NCBI GenBank assembly: GCA_049586815.1
Contig: JBAVCR010000182.1
Span: forward strand, 7,056-71,055
DNA from: Anaeromyxobacteraceae bacterium
Lineage (GTDB): Bacteria > Myxococcota > Myxococcia > Myxococcales > Anaeromyxobacteraceae
Length of the DNA stretch: 64,000 bases
Direction: 5' to 3'
Part shown: positions 51,654-60,470 of the stretch, piece by piece
Layout of the letters: every line of letters starts with the position of its first letter
How positions within the stretch are numbered: position 1 is the first letter of the stretch
Made by a program: the position numbers and the translations under genes
Notes under the pieces: generated by a model
What the model was told of the DNA's origin: nothing
The model's database searches: none
Seen by the model: the letters and a program-made list of their open reading frames with translations, nothing else

Positions 51654-52688
51654 ATGGGACGGCCGGAGATGAAGCCCAGCGCCGGGTCGAGGCCCGAGAT
51701 GTTCGTGGTTTCCCGGCTGGCGCATTGCCGGGACCCGGCCAACGGCGCGAGAAAGCGCCTCGACGCCTGGCGAACCCTGCTGCCCGGTTTGCAGGTGGTT
51801 CCGTCGGATGCGCCGCCGCCCGGGGGATGGCCCGGGGGGGACGCCCGGTTCTGCGTCGATCTGACGGGCGCCAAGGCGCCGGAAATCGTCCGGGCGTGGC
51901 GGAACTTCCGGAGCAGGCGTCCGGCGGTGTTCGTGCAAGATTCACAGGCTCGATTCTTCTGGACGGAGTTGCGCTTCCACTTCGGTCGCCGGGACTTCAT
52001 CCGGGCCCTGAAGGCGTCCCTGTCGCTGGCGAGGGGAGCCTCGCGGGAGTACCTGTGTCGACTGCTGTTTCGCGAGGTCGGCTACATCTCCGAGGAAGAC
52101 GCCGGATTCCTCTGGCCCCCGGGTCTGCCCGTGGTCGCGATCCCCGCGATGATCGTCGACGCGCCGCCCGCCGAAGCGAGTCCCGTGCACTGCATGCGGA
52201 CGCTGGGAGTGATCGCCAACTTCGCCTACTCGCCCAACGCCGACGGAACCCGGGCCCTCCTCGCCAGCAGGGTCCTCGGCGATTGCATGAGGCGAAACGG
52301 CCTGAAATGCCGCCTTCTTGGTCATGGCGCGACGGAGTTCCTCGCTTCCCTGCCGGCAGAAGCCGCAGAACTCGTCGATCAGCGAGGATCCGGGCCATTT
52401 GCCGACGTCCAGGAGGTGATAAAGGAGGTCGACGCCGTGGTCTCCCCGGCGATGTACGGTTCCGGGGTGAAGAACAAGATCCTCGAGGCTGCCGCCGCGG
52501 GAAAGCTCTGCTTCGTCTGGAACGGGTTTCGTTCCGAGTACGCCTATGATCCAGAGCTAACGCTGTACTTCGGAGGCGCCACCGACCTGGCGCGGTTGCT
52601 CGACCGCGTGCGCGCGGTCGTCGATGAGTGGCCCGACCAGGACGCCCGCACGCTCCAGCCGAGAATGCAGTTGCTCAGGATCCTATGA
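51654..52688 (+). CDS. glycosyltransferase-like protein (GT-B C-terminal domain only recognisable)
   Basis: The C-terminal segment VVSPAMYGSGVKNKILEAAAAGKLCF resembles the GT1/4 nucleotide-sugar binding motif. The N-terminal half is unrecognised and the start is uncertain (for example the ATG at 51699). Confidence 0.45.
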   Translation: MGRPEMKPSAGSRPEMFVVSRLAHCRDPANGARKRLDAWRTLLPGLQVVPSDAPPPGGWPGGDARFCVDLTGAKAPEIVRAWRNFRSRRPAVFVQDSQARFFWTELRFHFGRRDFIRALKASLSLARGASREYLCRLLFREVGYISEEDAGFLWPPGLPVVAIPAMIVDAPPAEASPVHCMRTLGVIANFAYSPNADGTRALLASRVLGDCMRRNGLKCRLLGHGATEFLASLPAEAAELVDQRGSGPFADVQEVIKEVDAVVSPAMYGSGVKNKILEAAAAGKLCFVWNGFRSEYAYDPELTLYFGGATDLARLLDRVRAVVDEWPDQDARTLQPRMQLLRIL

Positions 52689-53815
52689 CGGACCACGTCT
52701 TCATCGTCGAGAATGCGAAGACGATCTCGCATACCTTCATCCGGGCGGACATCCGCCACGCCGAGGCGAGCGGCCCGGTCACCGTCATCGACATCAGTGA
52801 GGTCTACGCGGCGCTCCTGGGAGGAGATCGAAGCCTGGCCGATGCTGTGCTCGGCGTGTTGGAACTCGTCGTGACAAGTCCGGTTACCCTGATGCGCTGC
52901 CTCGTTGGGGGCAGGGCTCGTTCAAACGCCAAGGCCCTGCTGGTCTACGGAGCGCTGAGGCGCGAATGGGCTAAGCGCGAGCGCTGCTCGTTCACGGTCC
53001 ACTTTGCGGCAAAGGCCGCCCTGGTGGGCACCCTGCTGGCGCGGCCCGGGAGATCGTACCTTCGACTCGTGGTCCACGCGTCCGACCTGTATGGCCTGCC
53101 ACGCAGCATGCACTTCGTCCTAACAGAGGCGACGGCGATCGAGACTGTCACCTGGTTTGCTAAGGGATTCGTTTTCGGGAGGCTCGGAGACGCTGCCATC
53201 GGGAAAGTGACTATGCAGCGAAATCGGGTCGTGCCCGGCCACGCGAGCGACGCCAGACGACTTGAATCATCCTCGGTGGGGCGGAGGCAGTTGTTGACCG
53301 TGGCGCGCCTAGCGACCCAGAAGGACCTCCCGTTTGCCATTCGTGTCTTCGCCGAACTGGTTCATGGCCTGGGACAGGACTGGTGCTACCGGATCGCGGG
53401 CGAAGGGCCGGAGCGCGCGCAACTGGAGGCGATCGCGCGGGACCTCGGGGTGGAGGACCGCGTGGACTTCCTCGGTGCCGTTCCAAACGACGAAGTGCGG
53501 GAACTCTGCGAAGTGTCCGCGGCGTTCCTGCTCCCATGTGCCGAGTCCACGGTCGACGACGCAGACGGCCTGCCCGTCGTGTTCCAGGAGGCACTCCTCG
53601 CGGGCTGCCCGGTCTTCTGCAGGTCGGCCTTCGGCGTCGCCGAATTGGTCGTCGACGGGTTCAACGGCCGCTCCTTCCCCGTGGATGCCACACCGGTAGA
53701 GTGGGCACGGGCGATCACCTCGGACCTCGCCACGCTCAATCCCGTTTCCATTCGAGCCCTGGCGCGGTGTCAGAACGAGCGCTCCGTGGCCGATCGCAGT
53801 ATCGGGGGCGGGTAG
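52685..53815 (+). CDS. glycosyltransferase family 4 (WcaL-like)
   Basis: The ATG at 52685 overlaps the upstream stop (ATGA). The product is 376 aa with LLTVARL...KDL..A......L.......Y.I.GEGPER..LE..A..LGV.DRV.FLG and LPC......D.DGLPVV.QEAL..G.PV. Confidence 0.8.
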   Translation: MTDHVFIVENAKTISHTFIRADIRHAEASGPVTVIDISEVYAALLGGDRSLADAVLGVLELVVTSPVTLMRCLVGGRARSNAKALLVYGALRREWAKRERCSFTVHFAAKAALVGTLLARPGRSYLRLVVHASDLYGLPRSMHFVLTEATAIETVTWFAKGFVFGRLGDAAIGKVTMQRNRVVPGHASDARRLESSSVGRRQLLTVARLATQKDLPFAIRVFAELVHGLGQDWCYRIAGEGPERAQLEAIARDLGVEDRVDFLGAVPNDEVRELCEVSAAFLLPCAESTVDDADGLPVVFQEALLAGCPVFCRSAFGVAELVVDGFNGRSFPVDATPVEWARAITSDLATLNPVSIRALARCQNERSVADRSIGGG

Positions 53816-53828
53816 GGGCGCTGAGAAA

Positions 53829-54977
53829 ATGGGAGGCAAGCATCCAGGGGTGGACTCCGTCATCGCGGTCGATAGATCGGCCAACGACGCCAAGGCCCTT
53901 CTCCCTATCGTCTACGTCATCCTCATCGGATGGTATGTCGCGAGCGCACTGGTCCCGCTCTTGCCACTCCATTTCGATCTTGGTCCGGAGTTAAGGGACT
54001 GGTTGGGATTCGAACTCGGCGGAGAATCGGCCGCCGATTTCGTTACGACCGAGGATGCGTGGGCGATTGCCATATTGCTGCTACCCCGGTTAGCCATGCT
54101 GCTGGGACTGGCCCATTTTCTCGCCTCCGGGCGTTTCGGAGCAACGGGCCAGTCCGGACTTTTTTGGCTGCCGGTCGTGGTCCTGGGACTCGCATTCAAC
54201 GTGGAGTACCTTAGCCTTTCCGTACTTCTTCTCATGTCGTACCACATCGCCCGGCGGCCCGTGGGCATCCGCAGATGGCTGGTAGAGTCATGTGCCTGGT
54301 TCGGGTTCCTGTTCCTGATCGGTCTGCACCGGGGCCAGTTGCTGCTTCTCATGTTCCCCCTGGCCATCCGCATCCGGGCCTTTCCTCTCTGGGGCAAGGC
54401 CGTCGCCGTGTCGATTGGAGTAGCTGCGGTCCTACAACTGTCGTTCCTGAAATTCGAGACCGACGACGTCGCTGTCTTGGGAAACGTGATCGCCCGCATC
54501 AGCTTCTACAATCAGTACTTCCTCTACAAGATCTACGACACGGCGCTTGCTTTCAACACGGGCAAGCCAGTAACGCTCGATGCAATTGGGTCACTCCCGT
54601 TCATCCGGCAGTTGACGGGCTCCGTTAACGAAGTCGAGTTGTTCCGCAAGGCGACCGGGGGGCAGGGGGGGCTTGCCATCAGCCCCGAAATTCGAGCCTT
54701 CTCGTACTGGAAGGACCTCTACCTGGCTATCGCTGATCTGATGACCTTGTACGGCAGTGTTTTCACTGCATTCTGGGTGGGCTCCAGGATTATGCCTTCA
54801 TTGAAGACTGGTGCCGTGCTGGCCTTTCCCCTTTTGATCCAAATTGACAGTCTAAATAACCTCACGCTCTGGCTACAGATAGCGCTAGTGATCGGGGTGA
54901 TGGAGTTCCTGTACCGAGAATACGGCCGAGGGGCCGTCGATCGCGCAACAGCAAGCACGGAGGCAATGGTGAGATGA
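53829..54977 (+). CDS. polytopic membrane protein, candidate Wzy-type polymerase (copy 2)
   Basis: 382 aa with ~10 hydrophobic segments and no recognisable enzymatic motif. It has the lowest-GC sequence in the window and lies among GT genes, as is typical for wzy. Confidence 0.45.
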   Translation: MGGKHPGVDSVIAVDRSANDAKALLPIVYVILIGWYVASALVPLLPLHFDLGPELRDWLGFELGGESAADFVTTEDAWAIAILLLPRLAMLLGLAHFLASGRFGATGQSGLFWLPVVVLGLAFNVEYLSLSVLLLMSYHIARRPVGIRRWLVESCAWFGFLFLIGLHRGQLLLLMFPLAIRIRAFPLWGKAVAVSIGVAAVLQLSFLKFETDDVAVLGNVIARISFYNQYFLYKIYDTALAFNTGKPVTLDAIGSLPFIRQLTGSVNEVELFRKATGGQGGLAISPEIRAFSYWKDLYLAIADLMTLYGSVFTAFWVGSRIMPSLKTGAVLAFPLLIQIDSLNNLTLWLQIALVIGVMEFLYREYGRGAVDRATASTEAMVR

Positions 54978-54999
54978 TTCTTGGAAATGGGAAAGGACC

Positions 55000-55788
55000 G
55001 TGGGTGATTCCTGTTGCGTGCTTGAACTCGTCACTCCGAACGAACGCGCCCGGCATGGGTTTTCGATGAAGTGGCAAGAAGCCTACATGAGGCGGTTTTA
55101 CGACCCAGGATCCGGGTTCGTGGATGGCACGACGGAATTCTGGAACCTTTGCCGTAAAGTGATCTCCCCTGGGAGCAAGATCCTCGAGATCGGGTCAGGG
55201 CCGTCCAACGCCACGTCTCAGACGCTAGCGGCGATCGGCGAACTTCATGGGATAGATCTGGATCCCGATGTCAGGGAGAATAGTGCCCTAACTGCAGCGC
55301 ATGTGATTGGTTCGACGGATCCGTTTCCGGCCAATGACGAGGAGTACGATGCATGCGTTTCCGACTTCGTGCTGGAGCACGTTGAGCATCCCGACCGCCA
55401 CCTCCGAGAAATCAACAGAGTCCTAAGACCGGGCGGGACCTATGTGTTCCGGACCCCGAATCGTTGGCATTATGTTTCAGTGATCGGGTCGATGACCCCC
55501 TTCTGGTTCCATCGCCTCGTGTCCCACCGGGCCCGGGGACTCACGGGAGGCGAGCACGAGCCCTATCCCACATTCTACAGAATGAATTCCGCGACGCACG
55601 CGAGGGCTCTGGCGTCGGAGCATGGGCTGGTCCCCGAGCAGATCCGCATGATCGAGAAGGAGCCTTCCTATGCCATGCAGTCGAGGATCCTATTCCTAAC
55701 CTTCATGGCTTACGAACGGGTGGTCAACTCCAGCGACAGGCTTGGCTTCCTCCGAGCCAATATCCTCGGCGTACTACGCAAGCCGTGA
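55000..55788 (+). CDS. class I SAM-dependent methyltransferase
   Basis: SAM motif I is ILEIGSGPSN, with an acidic post-I residue (GIDLD) and RVLRPGGTYVF. The start is either the GTG at 55000 or the ATG at 55066. Confidence 0.75.
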   Translation: MGDSCCVLELVTPNERARHGFSMKWQEAYMRRFYDPGSGFVDGTTEFWNLCRKVISPGSKILEIGSGPSNATSQTLAAIGELHGIDLDPDVRENSALTAAHVIGSTDPFPANDEEYDACVSDFVLEHVEHPDRHLREINRVLRPGGTYVFRTPNRWHYVSVIGSMTPFWFHRLVSHRARGLTGGEHEPYPTFYRMNSATHARALASEHGLVPEQIRMIEKEPSYAMQSRILFLTFMAYERVVNSSDRLGFLRANILGVLRKP

Positions 55789-55900
55789 GCAACGATCCGA
55801 TGCCCTGCCGGCGACGGGAACGCGGAAGTCAAGTCGGACCCAACCGCATTGCGATCATGGATTCGCCGCGTGGGCGTCCAGCGGCGCCGCGGGAGCCGGA

Positions 55901-57106
55901 ATGAAAATCCTGCAAGTCTGCCCAGCCTACTACCCGGCGATCGCGATCGGAGGCCCGGTCTTTTCTGCCATGGCGTTCGCGGGCGCAGCGATCGAGTGCG
56001 GCCATCAGGTCGACGTCGTGGCCACGCCCCTCGGCTTGACGCCCAAGCAGAAGGAAACAATAAACTATGCGCACTTAGAGGACGGGCCCCATCACGTTCG
56101 CATTGTCTACAAGCGATTCTTTGGGCACACGCACTACACCTTCGCTCCATCAATCGTGCCGTGGCTGATGAGCCACGTAGGCGGCTACGATCTAGTCGTC
56201 ATGCACGGGATCTGGGGGTTCCCGATCATGGCCGGGGCACTCGCGGCACGCTGGGCGGGCGTTCCCTACCTCATCTTTCCGCACGGCACGCTCTACAGAG
56301 AGACCATCGAGCTCAAATCCAAGGCGCTCAAGAAGGTGGCGCTCACGACATGGGTCCTGGACGCCCTTCGCCGCGCATCTGGGGTCATCTTCACCTCGAA
56401 CGACGAGGCCGACAAGGTTTCCGAATATCTCAATGTGTCCTTCAAGCAATGGATCGTGCCGAACATCATTCCGTCGACCGACTTTGCGGAATTGCCGCCC
56501 CGCGGCGCCTTCCGGCGCCTTCACGGAATACCTGATGATGTCGCCCTAATTCTCCACTACGGACGAGTGGCGAAAAAGAAGGGCATCGAGTTCGTGGTCG
56601 AAGCCCTAGCGTCCCTCGGCCGGGAAATACCGGATGCTGTATTGGCCGTCGTAGGCGGTGACGAGTTTGGTTACAGGGCAGGCCTAGAGAGGTTCGTTGA
56701 ATCGGCGGGGATGTCCAATCGTGTTGTTTTCAGCGGACTAGTCGATAGGGCCGCCGGGCTCCAGGCGATGGCGGACTCCGACATATTTGTATTGCCGAGT
56801 TTGTCCGAGAACTTCGGGATGGCCGTGGTTGAAGCGATGCTGTGTCATTTGCCGGTTGTTATTTCCGACCACGTTGGGATCGCCACGGAAGTGGCCGGCG
56901 CTGGCGCGGGGGTCGTCGTGCGGCTGGCCAGGATGGAGCAGGATCTGCCAAGAGTCCTGTCCACGCTGCTACGGGATCCAGCAGAACGGCGACGCTTAGG
57001 CATTGCGGGACATGCATTCGCCACCTCGACGTACGACATCGCTGCCGTGAAGCCGCGCATTGCTGAAATGCTGGAGTCCGTGATGTCGACGGGTGGCCTC
57101 TCGTGA
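55901..57106 (+). CDS. glycosyltransferase family 4
   Basis: The ATG at 55901 gives MKILQVCPAYYP..GGP. The product is 401 aa with the C-terminal core GR...KKG.......A.........L..VGGD, VLPS.SENFGMAVVEAM....PV..SD. The track start at 55742 was rejected. Confidence 0.85.
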   Translation: MKILQVCPAYYPAIAIGGPVFSAMAFAGAAIECGHQVDVVATPLGLTPKQKETINYAHLEDGPHHVRIVYKRFFGHTHYTFAPSIVPWLMSHVGGYDLVVMHGIWGFPIMAGALAARWAGVPYLIFPHGTLYRETIELKSKALKKVALTTWVLDALRRASGVIFTSNDEADKVSEYLNVSFKQWIVPNIIPSTDFAELPPRGAFRRLHGIPDDVALILHYGRVAKKKGIEFVVEALASLGREIPDAVLAVVGGDEFGYRAGLERFVESAGMSNRVVFSGLVDRAAGLQAMADSDIFVLPSLSENFGMAVVEAMLCHLPVVISDHVGIATEVAGAGAGVVVRLARMEQDLPRVLSTLLRDPAERRRLGIAGHAFATSTYDIAAVKPRIAEMLESVMSTGGLS

Positions 57107-57212
57107 AGTTGTCAGAATGGAGTCGAAGTATCAGACGGGGGGGTGCCGTTAGATCCGTCGTCCCAAGAGCGAGACGGTCCGCCACGATTCAAGGGATCGG
57201 TGCGCAGAAAAG

Positions 57213-57965
57213 GTGGCAATGCGAAGGCCGGTGAAGCGAGACGATTCAACGAGGGGCGTTCCGCGCTTTGCCTTCGGAAGCTCCGTGATTCCCGATGGAG
57301 CGTCCGTCTTGGATTTTGGATGCCACAAGGGGGCGTTCGGAAAGGTGCTGGCGCCGCGCCGAACGGTTCGATACGTGGGAATCGATAAGAGCCAGGACGC
57401 CGTGAGAGGCGCCGAAGCGGGCCTCGACGTCCGAAACTACTCGTTCCCCTTGCCTTTTGCTGATGAGGAATTCGATGTCGTGACGATGTTTGAAGTGCTC
57501 GAGCACATCAAGGATCAGCATCGAGTGCTCCGAGAGGTGCATCGCGTGCTGCGGCCAGGGGGAAGCCTGGTGGTGTCCGTGCCGCGGCAGCACGTGTTCT
57601 CCTTCATGGATCTTGGGAATCTGAAGTTTCGATTGCCCCGCGTTCACAAATGGTACTACTCGCGGACCCGGTCGCCGCAAGCGTACTCCGTCAGGTACGA
57701 GCGAAGCCCCGACGGGCTGGTCGGCGATGTCGAGGTCGAGAAGAGATGGCATCAGCACTTCTCCAAACGTGAAATGGATGAGTTGCTGGCTGGAGCCGGA
57801 TTTCGCCTTGCAGAGGTGGATGGGGTCGGCCTGTTCGCGCAGCCGCTAGGAATCATCGGGTACGTGTTGGGGGGACGGGTCGAGTGGATCCGGCGCCTTC
57901 AGGAATGGGACAGCTACGCCTTTGAGAGCAGTTCGTTGATTTGCGTCGCCAAGAAGGTCGCCTAA
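57213..57965 (+). CDS. class I SAM-dependent methyltransferase
   Basis: It has VLDFGCHKG (motif I), GIDKS, FDVVTMFEVLEHI and VLRPGGSLVVSVP. The start is either the GTG at 57213 or the ATG at 57219. Confidence 0.8.
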   Translation: MAMRRPVKRDDSTRGVPRFAFGSSVIPDGASVLDFGCHKGAFGKVLAPRRTVRYVGIDKSQDAVRGAEAGLDVRNYSFPLPFADEEFDVVTMFEVLEHIKDQHRVLREVHRVLRPGGSLVVSVPRQHVFSFMDLGNLKFRLPRVHKWYYSRTRSPQAYSVRYERSPDGLVGDVEVEKRWHQHFSKREMDELLAGAGFRLAEVDGVGLFAQPLGIIGYVLGGRVEWIRRLQEWDSYAFESSSLICVAKKVA

Positions 57966-58195
57966 AAAGTCTATGAGGCAGGAAGGAGTGCCGCTTGGGG
58001 CGGGCCCCAGACAGCGAGCGGAGTTCGGAGGGAATGGCCGTGGACGCGGATGGTGGTCCTCTCGGACGAATGTGCCTCCAAAGTCCTTCTCCACGGAACG
58101 AAGGCAGGTATGGGCGGGCGCCGGTCGCGGCGAAGTAATGCCGCATCTAAGGTCAACCTGCTGACCGTACGCGAGGGGACCTGGAGGGAGCGTTG

Positions 58196-59323
58196 ATGAG
58201 TGTCGATCCCAGGCCTCGCGTAGCCATTGGATGCCACGGAGATTGGTATGCAAGACGCATAGCTGCGATCTTGCAAGGCGAAGGAATGCTCCAGTTCTTC
58301 GCAACCGTGCACCCTCCCGGGGAGTGTGCAGGAGCGCTTGGGGGTCATATCCGGTATTTCCCCTCGTTCAGGGTGGGATTATTGCCACTACGTTGGGCTC
58401 GTCGATTCAACGCATTCGAGAGCAAGTACCTGTTTCGAGAGTATCAGCGATTTGACCGTTCTTTCGCGAGGATGCTGAACGCCGATACAACGCACGTCTT
58501 TGCGTATGCCTCGATGTGCCGACGCACCTTGGCGAGGGCAAAAAGGTTGGGGGTGTCCAGCGCTCTCGTGTTGTGCAATTCGCATGTCCTCATCCATAAG
58601 AGGGCGTACGAAGCATCCTCGGCGGGAAGAATGACGATTAGCCAGAACTTCGTGGACGCGCAATTGGAGGAGTACGAGTTGGCGGACCGCATTCTGGTCG
58701 AGTCGGAATACGTGCGAAATGGGCTCGTGGTGATGGGGGTGCCCGAATCGAAGATCGTCTGTTCTCTCCCTGGGCCAGAGCGAAACCTGGAACTCGGAGT
58801 GAGCGTGGAGAAGGACGACCGGGCGATCTTCGGAACCGTTATGTGTGGACCTCGCAAGGGAACCGAGCTTCTGTTGAAGTGGTGGGGCACCCTGGCATTG
58901 CCAGGGGCCGAACTGTGGCTCATTGGGGGGGGATGCGAACAACGGGAGGGGGAGGATGCCCCAGGTGTCCGGAGGTGGAGCACGTTGCCCTCCCGAGCCT
59001 ATCGGGAACTTCTGAGGCGCCTGGACGTCGTACTATTTCCAACCTTTGAGGATGGCGGCCCGCGAAGCCTCTTCGAGGCGATGGGGGTTGCGGCGTGCCC
59101 GATCACTTCGCAGTACTGCGCCGGGCCGGAACACATTGTCGAAGGCGCGACGGGCTTCGTAATACCACTCGAGCACGAGAGCGAGTGGATGGCGCGGATG
59201 AAATGGTGCGCGTCCAATCTGGGGGCAGTGAGGTCAATGGGACGCAAGGCGTCGATTTACGTGAGCACGAACCTTGCCCCCGATCATTTTGAGCGGACCA
59301 TTCGCGCCCTCGTGCTGGGCTAG
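58196..59323 (+). CDS. glycosyltransferase (GT-B, family 1/4-like)
   Basis: The ATG at 58196 follows GGAGGGAG. The C-terminal EX7E-type segment is LFPTFEDGGPRSLFEAMGVAACPITS. The N-terminal domain is divergent. Confidence 0.6.
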   Translation: MSVDPRPRVAIGCHGDWYARRIAAILQGEGMLQFFATVHPPGECAGALGGHIRYFPSFRVGLLPLRWARRFNAFESKYLFREYQRFDRSFARMLNADTTHVFAYASMCRRTLARAKRLGVSSALVLCNSHVLIHKRAYEASSAGRMTISQNFVDAQLEEYELADRILVESEYVRNGLVVMGVPESKIVCSLPGPERNLELGVSVEKDDRAIFGTVMCGPRKGTELLLKWWGTLALPGAELWLIGGGCEQREGEDAPGVRRWSTLPSRAYRELLRRLDVVLFPTFEDGGPRSLFEAMGVAACPITSQYCAGPEHIVEGATGFVIPLEHESEWMARMKWCASNLGAVRSMGRKASIYVSTNLAPDHFERTIRALVLG

Positions 59324-59329
59324 GCCGGG

Positions 59330-59569
59330 ATGACCAGCCTCTTGAGCGAGGAGAAGACGCAGCAGGTGGTGACGCTGGGGAAGCCGGGGTGGCCCCTGCG
59401 CCGCATCGAGGAAGAGACTGCGGCCCGCATGCCATCGCAATCGATGGTTGGGCGCCCGAGCGCATCTGGGGCGGAGAAACGCCCGAAAACTAACGAGCAC
59501 GAGCAATCGCGCGCAGCCACGTGCCATCGGACGCTTCAACCCAGGGAGCTCGAACGTGTCTTGGGGTGA
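59330..59569 (+). pseudogene. possible remnant of an IS-transposase N-terminal helix-turn-helix
   Basis: The 79-aa ORF MTSLLSEEKTQQVVTLGKPGWPLRRIEEETAA... recalls the HTH leader of some IS transposases (pattern L.EEK.QQV..LG..GW.LRRIEE.T). It then degenerates and overlaps the 3' end of the convergent methyltransferase gene. It was recognised from memory only. Confidence 0.2.
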
Positions 59570-60446
59570 GCCGATAACGCATCGAGTGGAAGCCGATGCG
59601 AGCCGAGCGGACGACCTTGAATATCGCTTGCGGCAGGAGGCGCCGGACCGTGGCGGTTGCTTCAGCAACGGCTTGTGGCTGAGTAGGGAGAGCGCGGCCG
59701 AATGAGCCCAGGCGGAGAACTTCGAGGCCAGCCCGGCCCAATAGCGTGCTGAGGCTGGCGCCGGAGAAGAACTGCAAATGGGGGACATCCGAACCGCCTT
59801 GGTCCCGCGGAAGCACCATTCGCGAAGCAGGATCGTGGGGGACCTCCAAGGACAGAAGTCCGCCGGGGACCAGCAACTTCATCGCATCCTCGACGAACGC
59901 GGTCGGGCAACTGCTGTGCTCCAGGACATGTGAGGCGTGAACCCATTCCACGCGTCCCAATGCGGCCTGGACCGTGTGGACTGAACCACTGTGCCCCCAG
60001 TTGACGCGGATAACCCGAGCACCGTGCCGCCGTAGACGAGAGCCGAGTGACTCATCGAGTTCAATTGCGCTGAGGTGGTGAAAGCCTCGTTCTTCCACCG
60101 CTCGAAGAAAGTGCCCATAACCTGCGCCAACATCTAAGACTCGAACATCTCTAGAGATCGGGACAGTGCTGAGTACCAAACTCACTTGAGCGCGGGCGTG
60201 ATCCATTTGCCGCTGATCGTAGGCAAAATAACCCATCGGATCCTGCGGGCCATTCCCGGTCCAGTAGCAACTGCCATAGTAGGCTTCAAGGGCAGAAGAG
60301 GCTGGCGAAGGGGCGGCAAATGAATGAGTGCATGAAGTGCAATGACAGATAGCAAGGCCCCGAAACGGCGACTCACCCTCCCCGGCGCTGTAGTCCCGAA
60401 GTCGTTCCACGCTGCCGGATGTGCAAACGGGGCAACTTGCAATCAT
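59490..60446 (-). CDS. class I SAM-dependent methyltransferase with N-terminal Cys4 zinc-ribbon
   Basis: 318 aa with CPVC...14...CHCTSC at the N-terminus. SAM motif I is VLDVGAGYGHF, followed by AIELD and LLVPGGLLSLEVP. Confidence 0.75.
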   Translation of the reverse strand: MIASCPVCTSGSVERLRDYSAGEGESPFRGLAICHCTSCTHSFAAPSPASSALEAYYGSCYWTGNGPQDPMGYFAYDQRQMDHARAQVSLVLSTVPISRDVRVLDVGAGYGHFLRAVEERGFHHLSAIELDESLGSRLRRHGARVIRVNWGHSGSVHTVQAALGRVEWVHASHVLEHSSCPTAFVEDAMKLLVPGGLLSLEVPHDPASRMVLPRDQGGSDVPHLQFFSGASLSTLLGRAGLEVLRLGSFGRALPTQPQAVAEATATVRRLLPQAIFKVVRSARIGFHSMRYRLTPRHVRAPWVEASDGTWLRAIARAR

Positions 60447-60470
60447 CGGTGGATACCAAGGTCCATATCT

